From the NCBI GenBank assembly GCA_043745805.1, contig JAYTSD010000017.1, forward strand, positions 160,001 to 224,000: DNA of 64,000 nt, in the 5' to 3' direction. This DNA comes from Fibrobacteria bacterium (lineage in GTDB: Bacteria; Fibrobacterota; Fibrobacteria; UBA11236). This document shows, piece by piece, positions 9,857-19,900 of this stretch; position 1 is the first letter of the stretch; each line of letters starts with the position of its first letter. The translations under genes and the position numbers were made by a program. The notes under the pieces were generated by a model. The model saw only the letters and a list, made by a program, of their open reading frames with translations. It was not told where the DNA came from and searched no databases.

Positions 9857-10408
9857 TTATTTGAGCGGTAATGCAAGAGGATAAATGTTTTCTAAACAAT
9901 ATATTGAGCCGTCGGGTTTTAATTCACTGGAGTATAAAGCAAATTCATTCATCTCTAGGCTTTCGCTGCAAAACAAAGAATTACGCATCATATATTCCCC
10001 TACCCATTCCGGACGCGCTGATTTTAATTTTGCTAGGGTAACATGAGGATGAAATTTGCGTTTATCCATGTCAAGGGAAAGTGTTCCTAAGGCACGCTCC
10101 ACTTTGTGCTGTAATTGTAATAATTCCGAAGAGGGCTCTACTCCCGCCCAAAGCGTAAGGGGATTTCCACGTAAAGGAAAGTTACCTAAACCTTTGAGCG
10201 TAATGGAAAAACTAGGTATGGAAATCTTTTCTAAAACTCGATTAATTTCCGAAAGTAATACCGTATCGACTTCACCAATAAATCGTAAAGTTAAATGATA
10301 TTTTTCTTGATCGGTCCAATCTGCTCCTGGTAAATCGCAGGCAATTTCTTGTAATTGTTGACTTACCTCTCGGTTAATGGCTAAAGCTACAAATAGTCTT
10401 TTTTTCAT
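9857..10408 (-). CDS. thpR: RNA 2',3'-cyclic phosphodiesterase (2H phosphoesterase)
   Basis: RLFVAL, HLTLRFIG, FHPHVTLA (two HxT motifs), LYSSELKPDGSIY. Confidence 0.92.
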   Translation of the reverse strand: MKKRLFVALAINREVSQQLQEIACDLPGADWTDQEKYHLTLRFIGEVDTVLLSEINRVLEKISIPSFSITLKGLGNFPLRGNPLTLWAGVEPSSELLQLQHKVERALGTLSLDMDKRKFHPHVTLAKLKSARPEWVGEYMMRNSLFCSESLEMNEFALYSSELKPDGSIYCLENIYPLALPLK

Positions 10409-10571
10409 TCACTAAGGCTTCCCCGATAGTTATGGCTTCCGCGTTGTCTTTGGTTGTCACGTAAACAAAAATGCTCTTCATACAAAGAAAAGTAAAAACA
10501 AAATCAAAAACCTAGGAGCAAGGATTAAATGCATTTGGTATAATAAGGAAAGATTTAACCAATGAAACCAT

Positions 10572-12959
10572 TTGCTGGCAAAAAAAACCTCATTCGTATA
10601 TAAATCCTTATATAACCTGTTAAAGTTTGGAAGGCCATTTTTGCTTTGCGGCATTTTTATGTCTATACTTGTTTTACCCCTACAAGCTTATGTGGCCTAT
10701 AGCACTAGTGATTCCGTTATTAATAAACCCGATACGCTTAATACTATTCATGTAAATAATTTAAAAATCGATTCAACGTACACCGCTATGGAGAAGCCTA
10801 TTCCCCATTATCACACCGTACTTTTTTTAAGTGCCGAAGATTTAACTTTTTATAGCACCATAGGTTTATTACAAGCTTTGGAAGAGTTAAACTTAAGTCC
10901 GGATATTATTGTGGCTGAAAGTAAAACGGCTTTATTAGGCGTGGCTTGGGCTTTAGGTTACTCGGCGCAAGAGATGCGCATTCAATTTGTGCAAAACCCT
11001 GCAAACTCTTTATTTATACTTGATACGCATTTAGGGAATGAGGAAAAAAATAATTTAGTCTCCCCATTAAAAATTTCTTTTAATAATATAAGTCCCTTGC
11101 CCAATCATTTTAACTTTGAAATTGCCACTCAAAAAAAACCAGAGTTTTTGAATTTATCTTGGACGATTGCTTTGCTTACCTACAATACACCATTTGGTCC
11201 CATCGATAAAATGGAAAATACGCCTTATCCTTTGGCCCTGCAAATGCTTCCTACAAAGGACTCTGTGATTGAGCTGGTACAAAATGGATCGCTACAAAAT
11301 CTATTAAAAGCCTGCGTGGCACCATCCAATTTAACTCTAACGCGATCTGATTTGTCACATTTTCAACCAGGTGAATGGGTTACTGGACATAATCCTAAAC
11401 CGAATAAATGGCCTTTCAGTTTTGATCATATTCTCATGCTTAAACCATCGGGTCATGAACCACCCGCTAACTTAGATCAACATCGATCAAATACTGTCGA
11501 TTCAGTATTTTTTAATTGGCAAAAAAACTTGGCTAATATGGAAAGTTCATTGTATCGCAATAAAATTTTTGAAATCATTTTTACGCCTCCTGCAAGTGAT
11601 TCTGTGAATTTATGGATCGAGGCGGGTTATCAAGCGACTCTTCAAAATAGAGATCCTTTAAGAACTACGCTTAATGCGAAAAATAATGCTGCCAACATAG
11701 TAATGGCAACGTTACAAAAAAATAAAATATCGGCTAAATCATCTTTAGTGTCGAGTTTAAAAAATGCTGGACTTTTGGGTAAACCTATATTAGGTGATAT
11801 TTTAAACTCGAATTATACCCAAAATGATAGTAATGGCTATTCCGCTATTCGTGCATTAACTAATTCCGATTTTTATTCACAATTAGATGTGGAATGGTTT
11901 AAATCTTCGCAGGATCCTCAACCCACATTACAATTTTACGCTAGTGAAAAACCTAAAATATTATTTGAAGGTGGCGCCGAAGCCAGTATGCAAGGGTATC
12001 CTGAGCTTTATGGACAATTATCATGGGCCGAGCCTTTTTATATTCCCTTTAAACTAGAGGGTGCGGCCATAACGGGATTAAGGGAAACCGGGTTGGGGTG
12101 GCAAATGGGTGTATACCCTATTTTCCCTATGAAATTAGCACTCACTTTTTCACAATTGCAAAGAGATATGGAATATAAAATTCCTCCGGATAAAATTATT
12201 GAAATGGGTGGAAGGGGTTATTTCCTTCGCCAAAATCGTCAGCGATTTGCCTTAGCCTATTTTCCCTTTCCGGCAACTTGGCTTAAATTTGCTTTGGCGA
12301 AGAACTTTTATCTTAGTGGTTATGATATGGAAAATGGTAAGCTCGGATTTAGTACTATGGATATTAGTAAAGAAATTCATATTCCCATTCCTAATATTTT
12401 ATCGAGTAAAAAAAATAATGGCGAATTAATGCTGCATCATGAAAATCGTTTTCCTAAAAATGAATCTGGAGAAGTACAAGATTCTGTGCAATGGGTCGAA
12501 GCCTTACTATCCTTGGCATTTGGCCCTGTGCAACTTAAAACCCAATATTACTGGTCGGATTTTATTTTTAATAATCGGACACTTTTTTTTGATCCACAAA
12601 TCTATTATGATCCCTTTTTGGCAGGGGAAATTCAGGCCTTAGATTTACAAGAAAATTATTTTTTGTATTCACTAAGAGCAAATCATTTCCTTAATCCAAA
12701 AATGACTTATACTGATGCCATTTATAATTTTGAATATGCTGTCAGTGTGGGTCGCTATTATATTCTGGGCGATCGGTTTTCACAGGAGATAAAATCAACT
12801 GTTCAGGATTATGGCGAAGCCTTATTGCGATACCAAACACCTTTTGGACCGATTCAAATTGGTTTGGGTTCTTTAGGACTAAGAAGAGCTACTTTTTTTT
12901 CTCTAAAAATTGGGGTTCACGGCAGTTTATTGAATTTGCTTGATCATTCTTCCTTGTAA
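10572..12959 (+). CDS. Degenerate patatin-like domain plus C-terminal outer-membrane beta-barrel (PlpD-like architecture)
   Basis: IGLLQALEELNLSPDIIVAESKTALLG..WALGYSAQEM follows the patatin N-terminal pattern; C-terminal half is amphipathic beta strands ending YQTPFGPIQIGLG. Start uncertain. Confidence 0.55.
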   Translation: MLAKKTSFVYKSLYNLLKFGRPFLLCGIFMSILVLPLQAYVAYSTSDSVINKPDTLNTIHVNNLKIDSTYTAMEKPIPHYHTVLFLSAEDLTFYSTIGLLQALEELNLSPDIIVAESKTALLGVAWALGYSAQEMRIQFVQNPANSLFILDTHLGNEEKNNLVSPLKISFNNISPLPNHFNFEIATQKKPEFLNLSWTIALLTYNTPFGPIDKMENTPYPLALQMLPTKDSVIELVQNGSLQNLLKACVAPSNLTLTRSDLSHFQPGEWVTGHNPKPNKWPFSFDHILMLKPSGHEPPANLDQHRSNTVDSVFFNWQKNLANMESSLYRNKIFEIIFTPPASDSVNLWIEAGYQATLQNRDPLRTTLNAKNNAANIVMATLQKNKISAKSSLVSSLKNAGLLGKPILGDILNSNYTQNDSNGYSAIRALTNSDFYSQLDVEWFKSSQDPQPTLQFYASEKPKILFEGGAEASMQGYPELYGQLSWAEPFYIPFKLEGAAITGLRETGLGWQMGVYPIFPMKLALTFSQLQRDMEYKIPPDKIIEMGGRGYFLRQNRQRFALAYFPFPATWLKFALAKNFYLSGYDMENGKLGFSTMDISKEIHIPIPNILSSKKNNGELMLHHENRFPKNESGEVQDSVQWVEALLSLAFGPVQLKTQYYWSDFIFNNRTLFFDPQIYYDPFLAGEIQALDLQENYFLYSLRANHFLNPKMTYTDAIYNFEYAVSVGRYYILGDRFSQEIKSTVQDYGEALLRYQTPFGPIQIGLGSLGLRRATFFSLKIGVHGSLLNLLDHSSL

Positions 12960-13186
12960 TTCGCTAATACGGGAAAACTTGTTTCGGTAAGTGTAAAAGA
13001 TTTCAACGATTTTCTTATAATTTTCCAGAAATTCCTACAATGTTGAATGTTTTTTGGTTCATTTTACCTTAGATTAGAATATGTTTATTGAGAATTTAAT
13101 GACTAAACGTTTACAACTGCATCCTATCCAAAATTTTTGTAGTGCAATTTAAATCATTTTTTTTTTAAAATAATTCAAATACTTTG

Positions 13187-13206
13187 CGATTTATTCCAAT
13201 AAATCG
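13187..13206. promoter_or_regulatory. Perfect inverted repeat, candidate operator
   Basis: CGATTTATT-CC-AATAAATCG, about 55 bp upstream of ATG 13262. Confidence 0.35.
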
Positions 13207-13261
13207 ATTAATTTCATTAAATGCCGTAGTGCAAAAATGCTTTCAACTGAAGGAGCGACAC

Positions 13262-16200
13262 ATGAGTAAGACATCCCTGAAATTTTGGGGGGCGATAAGT
13301 TTTCTTTTAAGCCTTACTGCGCAAAGCTGGGGACAGGCTAAGCCAGCCTTTTTACCTATTACTATTAAGATTCGCGATCAAATGGAATGGGGATCAGGCG
13401 GTATTAAAGACACCACTAGTGCTAATCCACAAAACCATCAATTTGAAGGTCCAAATATTCATGCTGCAAATGTGAATGCTGCAACTACTGGGGTTTTAAA
13501 AGCAATTATTGATACTACGGGTAACATAAATGTTTTGGACTCTGCTGAGTTTAAATTCGACAATCGCACCCCTAAACTGGCCCTTCCGTTGGCCACAGTT
13601 TACCCTGCAAAACTTTATCCACGACCAGAGCGGTTTGAAGAATGGTACAATGATTCCAGTGCATCTAAAAATCGTTCTTTCTTAAAAACTGTTAATTTAA
13701 CTCGCGTTGGTACTACTGACAATTATGAATTTAGAGATGATAATTTTTTCCCATTAGATATAATAGGGACCGGCGCAACGGATACAAGAAAAGTTGATCC
13801 TGTAAACGGACCCGATCCATTTGGCCTATCGTATATCTTTAACGGCGCTACTCCCACAAAGCAAGTCCATAATTATGGTTTTACGGTAGAATTCCACTCC
13901 CGCTTTACATTCGTAAATCAAGGTAAACAAGTATTCACATTTACAGGAGATGACGATGTATGGGTATTTATAAATGGTAAATTAGCCATCGATTTGGGTG
14001 GAGACCATCAGGCACTTACTGCGACGGTAGATTTAGACAATCCCTTAACCCAACAACAATTGGGATTAGTGGACGGGGAAACCTATATCCTTGATTTTTT
14101 CTACGCTGAAAGACAATTCACAACGTCTCACATGAAAATCACTACCAGTATTCTTCTTGATGCTAAGGAAGTCCCTGCCGAACTTTATTTCACGGATGCA
14201 AATGGAAGTAAGCTTGCTCCTGGAGCTACTATTCTTCCATCCACTCCAACTCTAAATCTTATATATGTCGATGATTATGGAAAAGGTACACCTCCCGACA
14301 ATTTAACCTTGACAATAAAAAATCGTAACGGAAATGCACCGGGTGATGTGGAAACTATACTCGTTAAAAATTTTACTGCCACTCAGTTAGGGGATGCGAG
14401 CACTTGGAAAATTTCTATTCCATTGGTGGAGTTACAAAATGCTATCCCGCAAGATGGCAAAGCTGAAACATACTATTTTAGTGAAGTTAATGCCTCTATC
14501 AAAACCAGGAATCCTAAAGGTTTATTGGATGGTGGAACTGTGGAGTCGAATTTAAATATTACCAATCCCGATGTAACTGGTAAAATTGAAATCACCGATG
14601 CAAAAAATCCATTAATACCTATCGATAGGGCCACGGATTCGATTAAAATAAAAGTGATTGATCAAAGTTTTTCAAAATTTCAAGACACCCTTTTTGCTAC
14701 CGTAACTTGTTCCGGAACAGGTGATGTAGCGAATGTCAAATTAGTCGAACAACAACCCGTAACCACAAACCCAGCAACATATATAAATGTTACGCCCATC
14801 TTGAAAGATGAAGGAAATGTTGCAAGCGTGGGTCCAACTTTAACTTGTAAATCAGGTGATGTTTTAATTGTAAAATATACAGACCCAGTTTATCTTGGCA
14901 CTACACAAGACCAAGTAAGTTGGACGGTAAAGGGAGCTGATGCATTAAAATTTACATCCGTAATTGATCTGGCTACACCCATTACTCAAATAGAAGATAA
15001 AGATCCGCATACATTTGCTATAGTAACATCAGGTGCGGACCCTACAGCTAATAAAATTGATAATGTGAACATTATCATAACATCACCTCAAGGGGAGAGT
15101 GAAACCTTTCCAGCGATTGAAACAGGACCTAATTCAGGTATATTTATTTTGCCTACGGTCACCTATGGATATACCGTAGGGGCTCCTATTGCTGGTGATG
15201 GAATATTGCAAGCCCAGCTCAACCCTAATTCAGTAGACAATAGTGTTGTATTCACAGCAAAGGTTACCATTGGAACAGGTAGCCTTCAATCAAAAACCAT
15301 CACATTGACATCTTCGTTAAACCCTGTGGTTATGGCCTATATCAAAGATGAAAATGGTGATGGACGTGGAGATAAAGTGTATGTGGTATTTAAAAATAAA
15401 TTAGCTGCGGTACCGGATCCAATTGATGGCGTGTATTGGAATGTATCAGATGACGCACATAAAAAAATACCTAAAGCGGGTACAGTCTCTACCGATGGCG
15501 ATAAAACTGTAATTATTGATTTTTCTAAAGATCAATTTCCCTTAAATTTAACCGGCATTGGAATCGGTGCAGCGCCAATAGTTAGTTTGCCTGCAGGAAG
15601 TGTTTTCAACGCACAGAAACCAGTTATAGTTGATTCTATCGGCCCTAAAATTGTTTTCGCCTATAAAAAACCTTGGGATCCAACAAAAACCGTTCCCGGT
15701 TCTAATGCCTTAAACATTGATACGATATTGGTAACCTTATCGGAACCGTTAGATAAAAATATAGTGGATTTAAGTGTGCTAATTAAATTCGGTACCGGCG
15801 ATGGAAAACAATGTGTTTCCTATGCTTTGGCATCGACTCTTGTGGGTGATGTAAAGCGCTTGACCGATACCACTTATATAATTCTAGTAAATAATGGAAA
15901 CGCCGGAAAAGGCTCTCCTCTTTTTGGGAATGGAAATAACTGTGCATATTTAAATGCAGGTGGAAAATATACGGATATTAATTTTAATAAGCCCGGCTTA
16001 GTTGGTGTTGAATTAGGTGGAAGTGATCCTGCTAAACAAGTTGTTTTGCGTGGCTATCCTCCTGTTGTAGGCATATCCAGTGATGTAAATTCCGAAAAGT
16101 TTCGCATAGGCACACAAGACAATCCCAATGGTAATCCTTACGCGACCTCAAGGGATTCCATGATTGCCGTTTACTGGATTCCTCCAGCGGGTTGGGATTT

Positions 16201-16633
16201 TGCTGGCAAAGATGCTACGAAATTCGAGTTAGATAGAGCAAAATATTTACCTAACGGTATTAATGGTGATGTCTCAACTTCAATTCCACAAGATAACAGT
16301 AGATTGCCTGAGCCCATTCCTCAAAATGTAAGCCTAATTCAGGTGGTTTCCTTAGGTCGCTATATTGCGAATGTAAGTATTTTCGATAATTTAGGTCATT
16401 TTATGAAATCCTTTAAACAAGCTTTTGGATATCAAGGTGAGCTGGATAACCGTAATCGCATTTCTCAAAATGGTCCTCGTGGAATGGTGAGTTATTTGGT
16501 TTGGGATTTAAAAGACAAAAATGGAGCGATGGCTGGTCAGGGTGTGTACATTTGGAAAATTGCATTTTCATATCCACAAAACAAAAAAACCGAAATCGAA
16601 TATGTGCGCATTGGGTTAATGCGTCAAAAATAA
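13262..16633 (+). CDS. Secreted fibro-slime (PA14-like) domain protein with Ig-like stalk and FlgD/T9SS-like C-terminus
   Basis: FFPLD, HNYGFTVEFH, FTFTGDDDVWVFINGKLAIDLGGDH, DFFYAER; C-terminal WDLKDKNG...GVYIWK; AAGGAG RBS before ATG 13262. Confidence 0.9.
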   Translation: MSKTSLKFWGAISFLLSLTAQSWGQAKPAFLPITIKIRDQMEWGSGGIKDTTSANPQNHQFEGPNIHAANVNAATTGVLKAIIDTTGNINVLDSAEFKFDNRTPKLALPLATVYPAKLYPRPERFEEWYNDSSASKNRSFLKTVNLTRVGTTDNYEFRDDNFFPLDIIGTGATDTRKVDPVNGPDPFGLSYIFNGATPTKQVHNYGFTVEFHSRFTFVNQGKQVFTFTGDDDVWVFINGKLAIDLGGDHQALTATVDLDNPLTQQQLGLVDGETYILDFFYAERQFTTSHMKITTSILLDAKEVPAELYFTDANGSKLAPGATILPSTPTLNLIYVDDYGKGTPPDNLTLTIKNRNGNAPGDVETILVKNFTATQLGDASTWKISIPLVELQNAIPQDGKAETYYFSEVNASIKTRNPKGLLDGGTVESNLNITNPDVTGKIEITDAKNPLIPIDRATDSIKIKVIDQSFSKFQDTLFATVTCSGTGDVANVKLVEQQPVTTNPATYINVTPILKDEGNVASVGPTLTCKSGDVLIVKYTDPVYLGTTQDQVSWTVKGADALKFTSVIDLATPITQIEDKDPHTFAIVTSGADPTANKIDNVNIIITSPQGESETFPAIETGPNSGIFILPTVTYGYTVGAPIAGDGILQAQLNPNSVDNSVVFTAKVTIGTGSLQSKTITLTSSLNPVVMAYIKDENGDGRGDKVYVVFKNKLAAVPDPIDGVYWNVSDDAHKKIPKAGTVSTDGDKTVIIDFSKDQFPLNLTGIGIGAAPIVSLPAGSVFNAQKPVIVDSIGPKIVFAYKKPWDPTKTVPGSNALNIDTILVTLSEPLDKNIVDLSVLIKFGTGDGKQCVSYALASTLVGDVKRLTDTTYIILVNNGNAGKGSPLFGNGNNCAYLNAGGKYTDINFNKPGLVGVELGGSDPAKQVVLRGYPPVVGISSDVNSEKFRIGTQDNPNGNPYATSRDSMIAVYWIPPAGWDFAGKDATKFELDRAKYLPNGINGDVSTSIPQDNSRLPEPIPQNVSLIQVVSLGRYIANVSIFDNLGHFMKSFKQAFGYQGELDNRNRISQNGPRGMVSYLVWDLKDKNGAMAGQGVYIWKIAFSYPQNKKTEIEYVRIGLMRQK

Positions 16634-16670
16634 CCGTTTGCTTTTGTAAAGCTTTTAAAATCAGTTAGTT

Positions 16671-16698
16671 AAAGCCGAGGCAACTCGGCTTTTTTTTT
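16671..16698 (+). terminator. Rho-independent terminator
   Basis: AAAGCCGAG-GCAA-CTCGGCTTT followed by a T-run. Confidence 0.9.
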
Positions 16699-16860
16699 GT
16701 GCTCAAAAATAGATGACTTAAGGGATAAACTTTTGTTTTTTTGCGAATTTATATTTGTTAGGTTTTATCTCGTTTTATACCTATAAATAAAGGGCTTTCC
16801 CTTTACTCTGACGATTAAAAACGCGATAATTATTCATGACTACAAAGAACCATTCCTCTA

Positions 16861-16875
16861 TGGACAACAAATTGC
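16861..16875 (+). promoter_or_regulatory. Possible sigma-54 (-24/-12) promoter
   Basis: TGGACAACAAATTGC has the GG-N10-GC spacing with TGG and TTGC, but a non-consensus -24 core. Confidence 0.35.
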
Positions 16876-16969
16876 CTTTAAAAATAATCATAGGACTAAC
16901 CCTCATGAATTTTTATTATCTATGCATTGGACTTTTTGGGGGATTTTAGAATGGGTGAGCGGGGATATT

Positions 16970-19900
16970 ATGAAAAATAACAATTCACATTATTTAATGA
17001 ACCAAATGGTACTCGGAAATCTTGTTAATATGCGTAAAAATTTTTCTTTGAGTATGTTTAAAGTTACGGTAACATTAATGATACTGTTGTCGAGCATGAA
17101 TATTTTTGCTGCGGCGAAACGATGTGATTTGGTGGGTAAAGATACCACAACGAGTGGGGGTGTTAGGTTTAAAAAATGTTTGGATTTGTCCGATTTAAAT
17201 GGAAAAACAATAGTTATTCCTTCCAACATCACACGTATCGACAATGATGGACTGTCCTTGTGCAAAGGCGCGGTAAGCGGAAGCGGATCGGCAGATATTG
17301 GTTTTGCCGTCGATCAAAGTGGAAGTATGAAACCTATATACGGATGGATTGATGTTGCGAAAAATGACACCATCTATTATGAAATTAATCCAGGTTGTGC
17401 AAGTAAAACAACAAATGGAACAATTACAATTCAGGGTGCAAGTCCGCTTGGACCGCAAACAGTTTTAAAATTAGTTGACAGCACCGGATGTAAAGAATTT
17501 GCGGGTGATCCGTATAGCAAACGAGCTGATGCGGTAAAAAAAGCTATGGTGTACATGGCCTCAATTTCTCCAAATTCTACGGCAGGCTATTACGGTTTTG
17601 CTAGTGGTCCAGGTTCTGCAGGGGTAGCCCAACCATTACTCCAACTCAATACAGCTGCCAAACTGCAACAAGATACAGCTGCTGTAAAAATTTTGGATGC
17701 TGGCGGTACATCGTATAATCCTCCTTTATCTGCCATAAACGGATGGCTGAATGATATTAATTTGAAAAAAAATACCAACCAAGCAATAGTATTAATCTCA
17801 GATGGAAAGCCTGGAGATTCTGCAATATATACACCTACCTTGGTTAATATGCCCAAAATATATACCATATACCTTGGTAAATCGTCCAATTTAGCAGGAT
17901 ATGCTAAACTTCAATCCATAGCGAATGTTACCGGTGGAACTTTTACCATTATCCCTGCAGATCAACCCGATAGCTTAGCTTCAGTTATTAAAAACATTCT
18001 TAAAACTGTATTACAAAGTTATACTCCAGCTAATTTAACCGTAACCAATACCACAATTGGGCAATCAGCCTTTAATAGCACACCTGCTAACTTTGTGCCT
18101 CAGGCCGATGGAAGTTGGTTAGTGAAATTAAATGATATAGTTGCACTTAGCCCTTCAACGGGTAATAGTATCAAAGTAGTTTCTAATTTTAAGGAAACTG
18201 GTACTTCAACTTTGGATACTACCTCTAGTATTTTCACTATTAGCACTACAGGCACACCCGATTCGGTAAACCATAGCATTCTAGGATCACAATTTGGAAT
18301 TGTCTGCTACGATAAATCCGCAATTCGTATTTTAAATAATGCTAGCATACGTCCCCCCTACCTTACAGAAAACGATCTTAATTATCGATTGCGTATACGC
18401 ACGACTCCCATTGACCTAACAATACTCAATGCCAACTCCAAAACTCAAATTAAATTGGATAATGAAGCGCCGGTATTAGGAGCTCCAGTTACAAATACGG
18501 ACAGTATTGTTTACGGCGGATTATTTAATTTTAAAGTTGGAGCGGCTACAAATTTAAACGGCACCTTGGAATCGTCTCCGTACGATTTTTTAATTGCTAA
18601 TTGGACTCATCCTCGTGATGCGCAAGATTTTGCAGCGGATACATTAGCAATTAAAGCATCGCAAAAAATTTCGACCATGATTTTTACGCAAAGCGATTTT
18701 GTCACTCCGCCAACCAATGGACAATATTCTAGCACCCAAACTTTTGCCTATATAAAAGTTACCGATCAAGAAAAAGATCCTTCTAAATCGTATACCGTAA
18801 CCTTTACGGATAATTTGGGTGATTTGGAAACCGTTACCTTAACTCCAACAGCAGTGACAGGCGTATTTACTGGACAAATACCCATGGAGATTTTTGCAAC
18901 GACAAGCCCGAATAATGGTAAAATTCAATTCTCTGCTTCGGGTGATCAATTGCATGCGATTTATATCGATCCCGTATACGGCGACACGGCCATCGCGAAT
19001 GTGGGAATTGGTCAAGATGTACAAGAAGCCGGCGTGCTTAATTTTACCGATGAAAATGGAGTAATCTTAGCGCCTAATGCTTTGTGGAATCCAAGCAAGG
19101 GTAAGGTTTATGTTACCTATGCAGATGATTATGTTTCAGGAACTATTGCTAATAAAGATATTGCCTTAGTCATCAACAACAAAAAATATGGTGCTACTAG
19201 AGATCAAGATATTGAACATTTCATCATAAATTTAAAACTGCCCCACAACTCAGGCCCTGGAATTTGGACGGGGGAAATTAATCTTTCCGATATATTCCCC
19301 GCAAAAGATTCCAATAGTGTTTTGGAAACTAATTTTCGCGGTGAATTAACAGCTTCAGTTTTCCCCCATGATAATGTGGGAAAAATCCAATCCATACCTG
19401 CAACAGCCAGTTTGCTCATAGCCTATCCTGATGCCGTAGCTAGTTTAAGCTATGAGGTGGTAGATTCGACTAAAGGTAGTCCTTTTGTAAAAACCAGTGA
19501 AGGCTGGCGCATTACGGTAAAGGATCAAAGTTTTACCAATTCTGCTTCAGATACCGTTTTGGTTTCCATGAAATGTTTAATAAATGGCGATAGTGTTTCG
19601 GGTATAAATGCCATAGAAAATGGAAGTGGAAATTATGTTACGGGTTGGGTGGAAAAAAATGAAGGTGCACCGAATTTATCGGACAAAATATTATCTTGCG
19701 CTAGTGCAGATAATATTTCCATCACTTATGTGGACCCAGTTTATGGAACAACGGGACAGCTATTAATTAATGAAGTGGCTAAACCGGTAGCGAATCCTCC
19801 TGCACAACAGTTCGTTTCCAAAGTGGATGTGGTACTCACCTCAACGACAACGAATGCCTTAATTTATTACACGCTCGATGGTAGCATGCCCGATACTACT

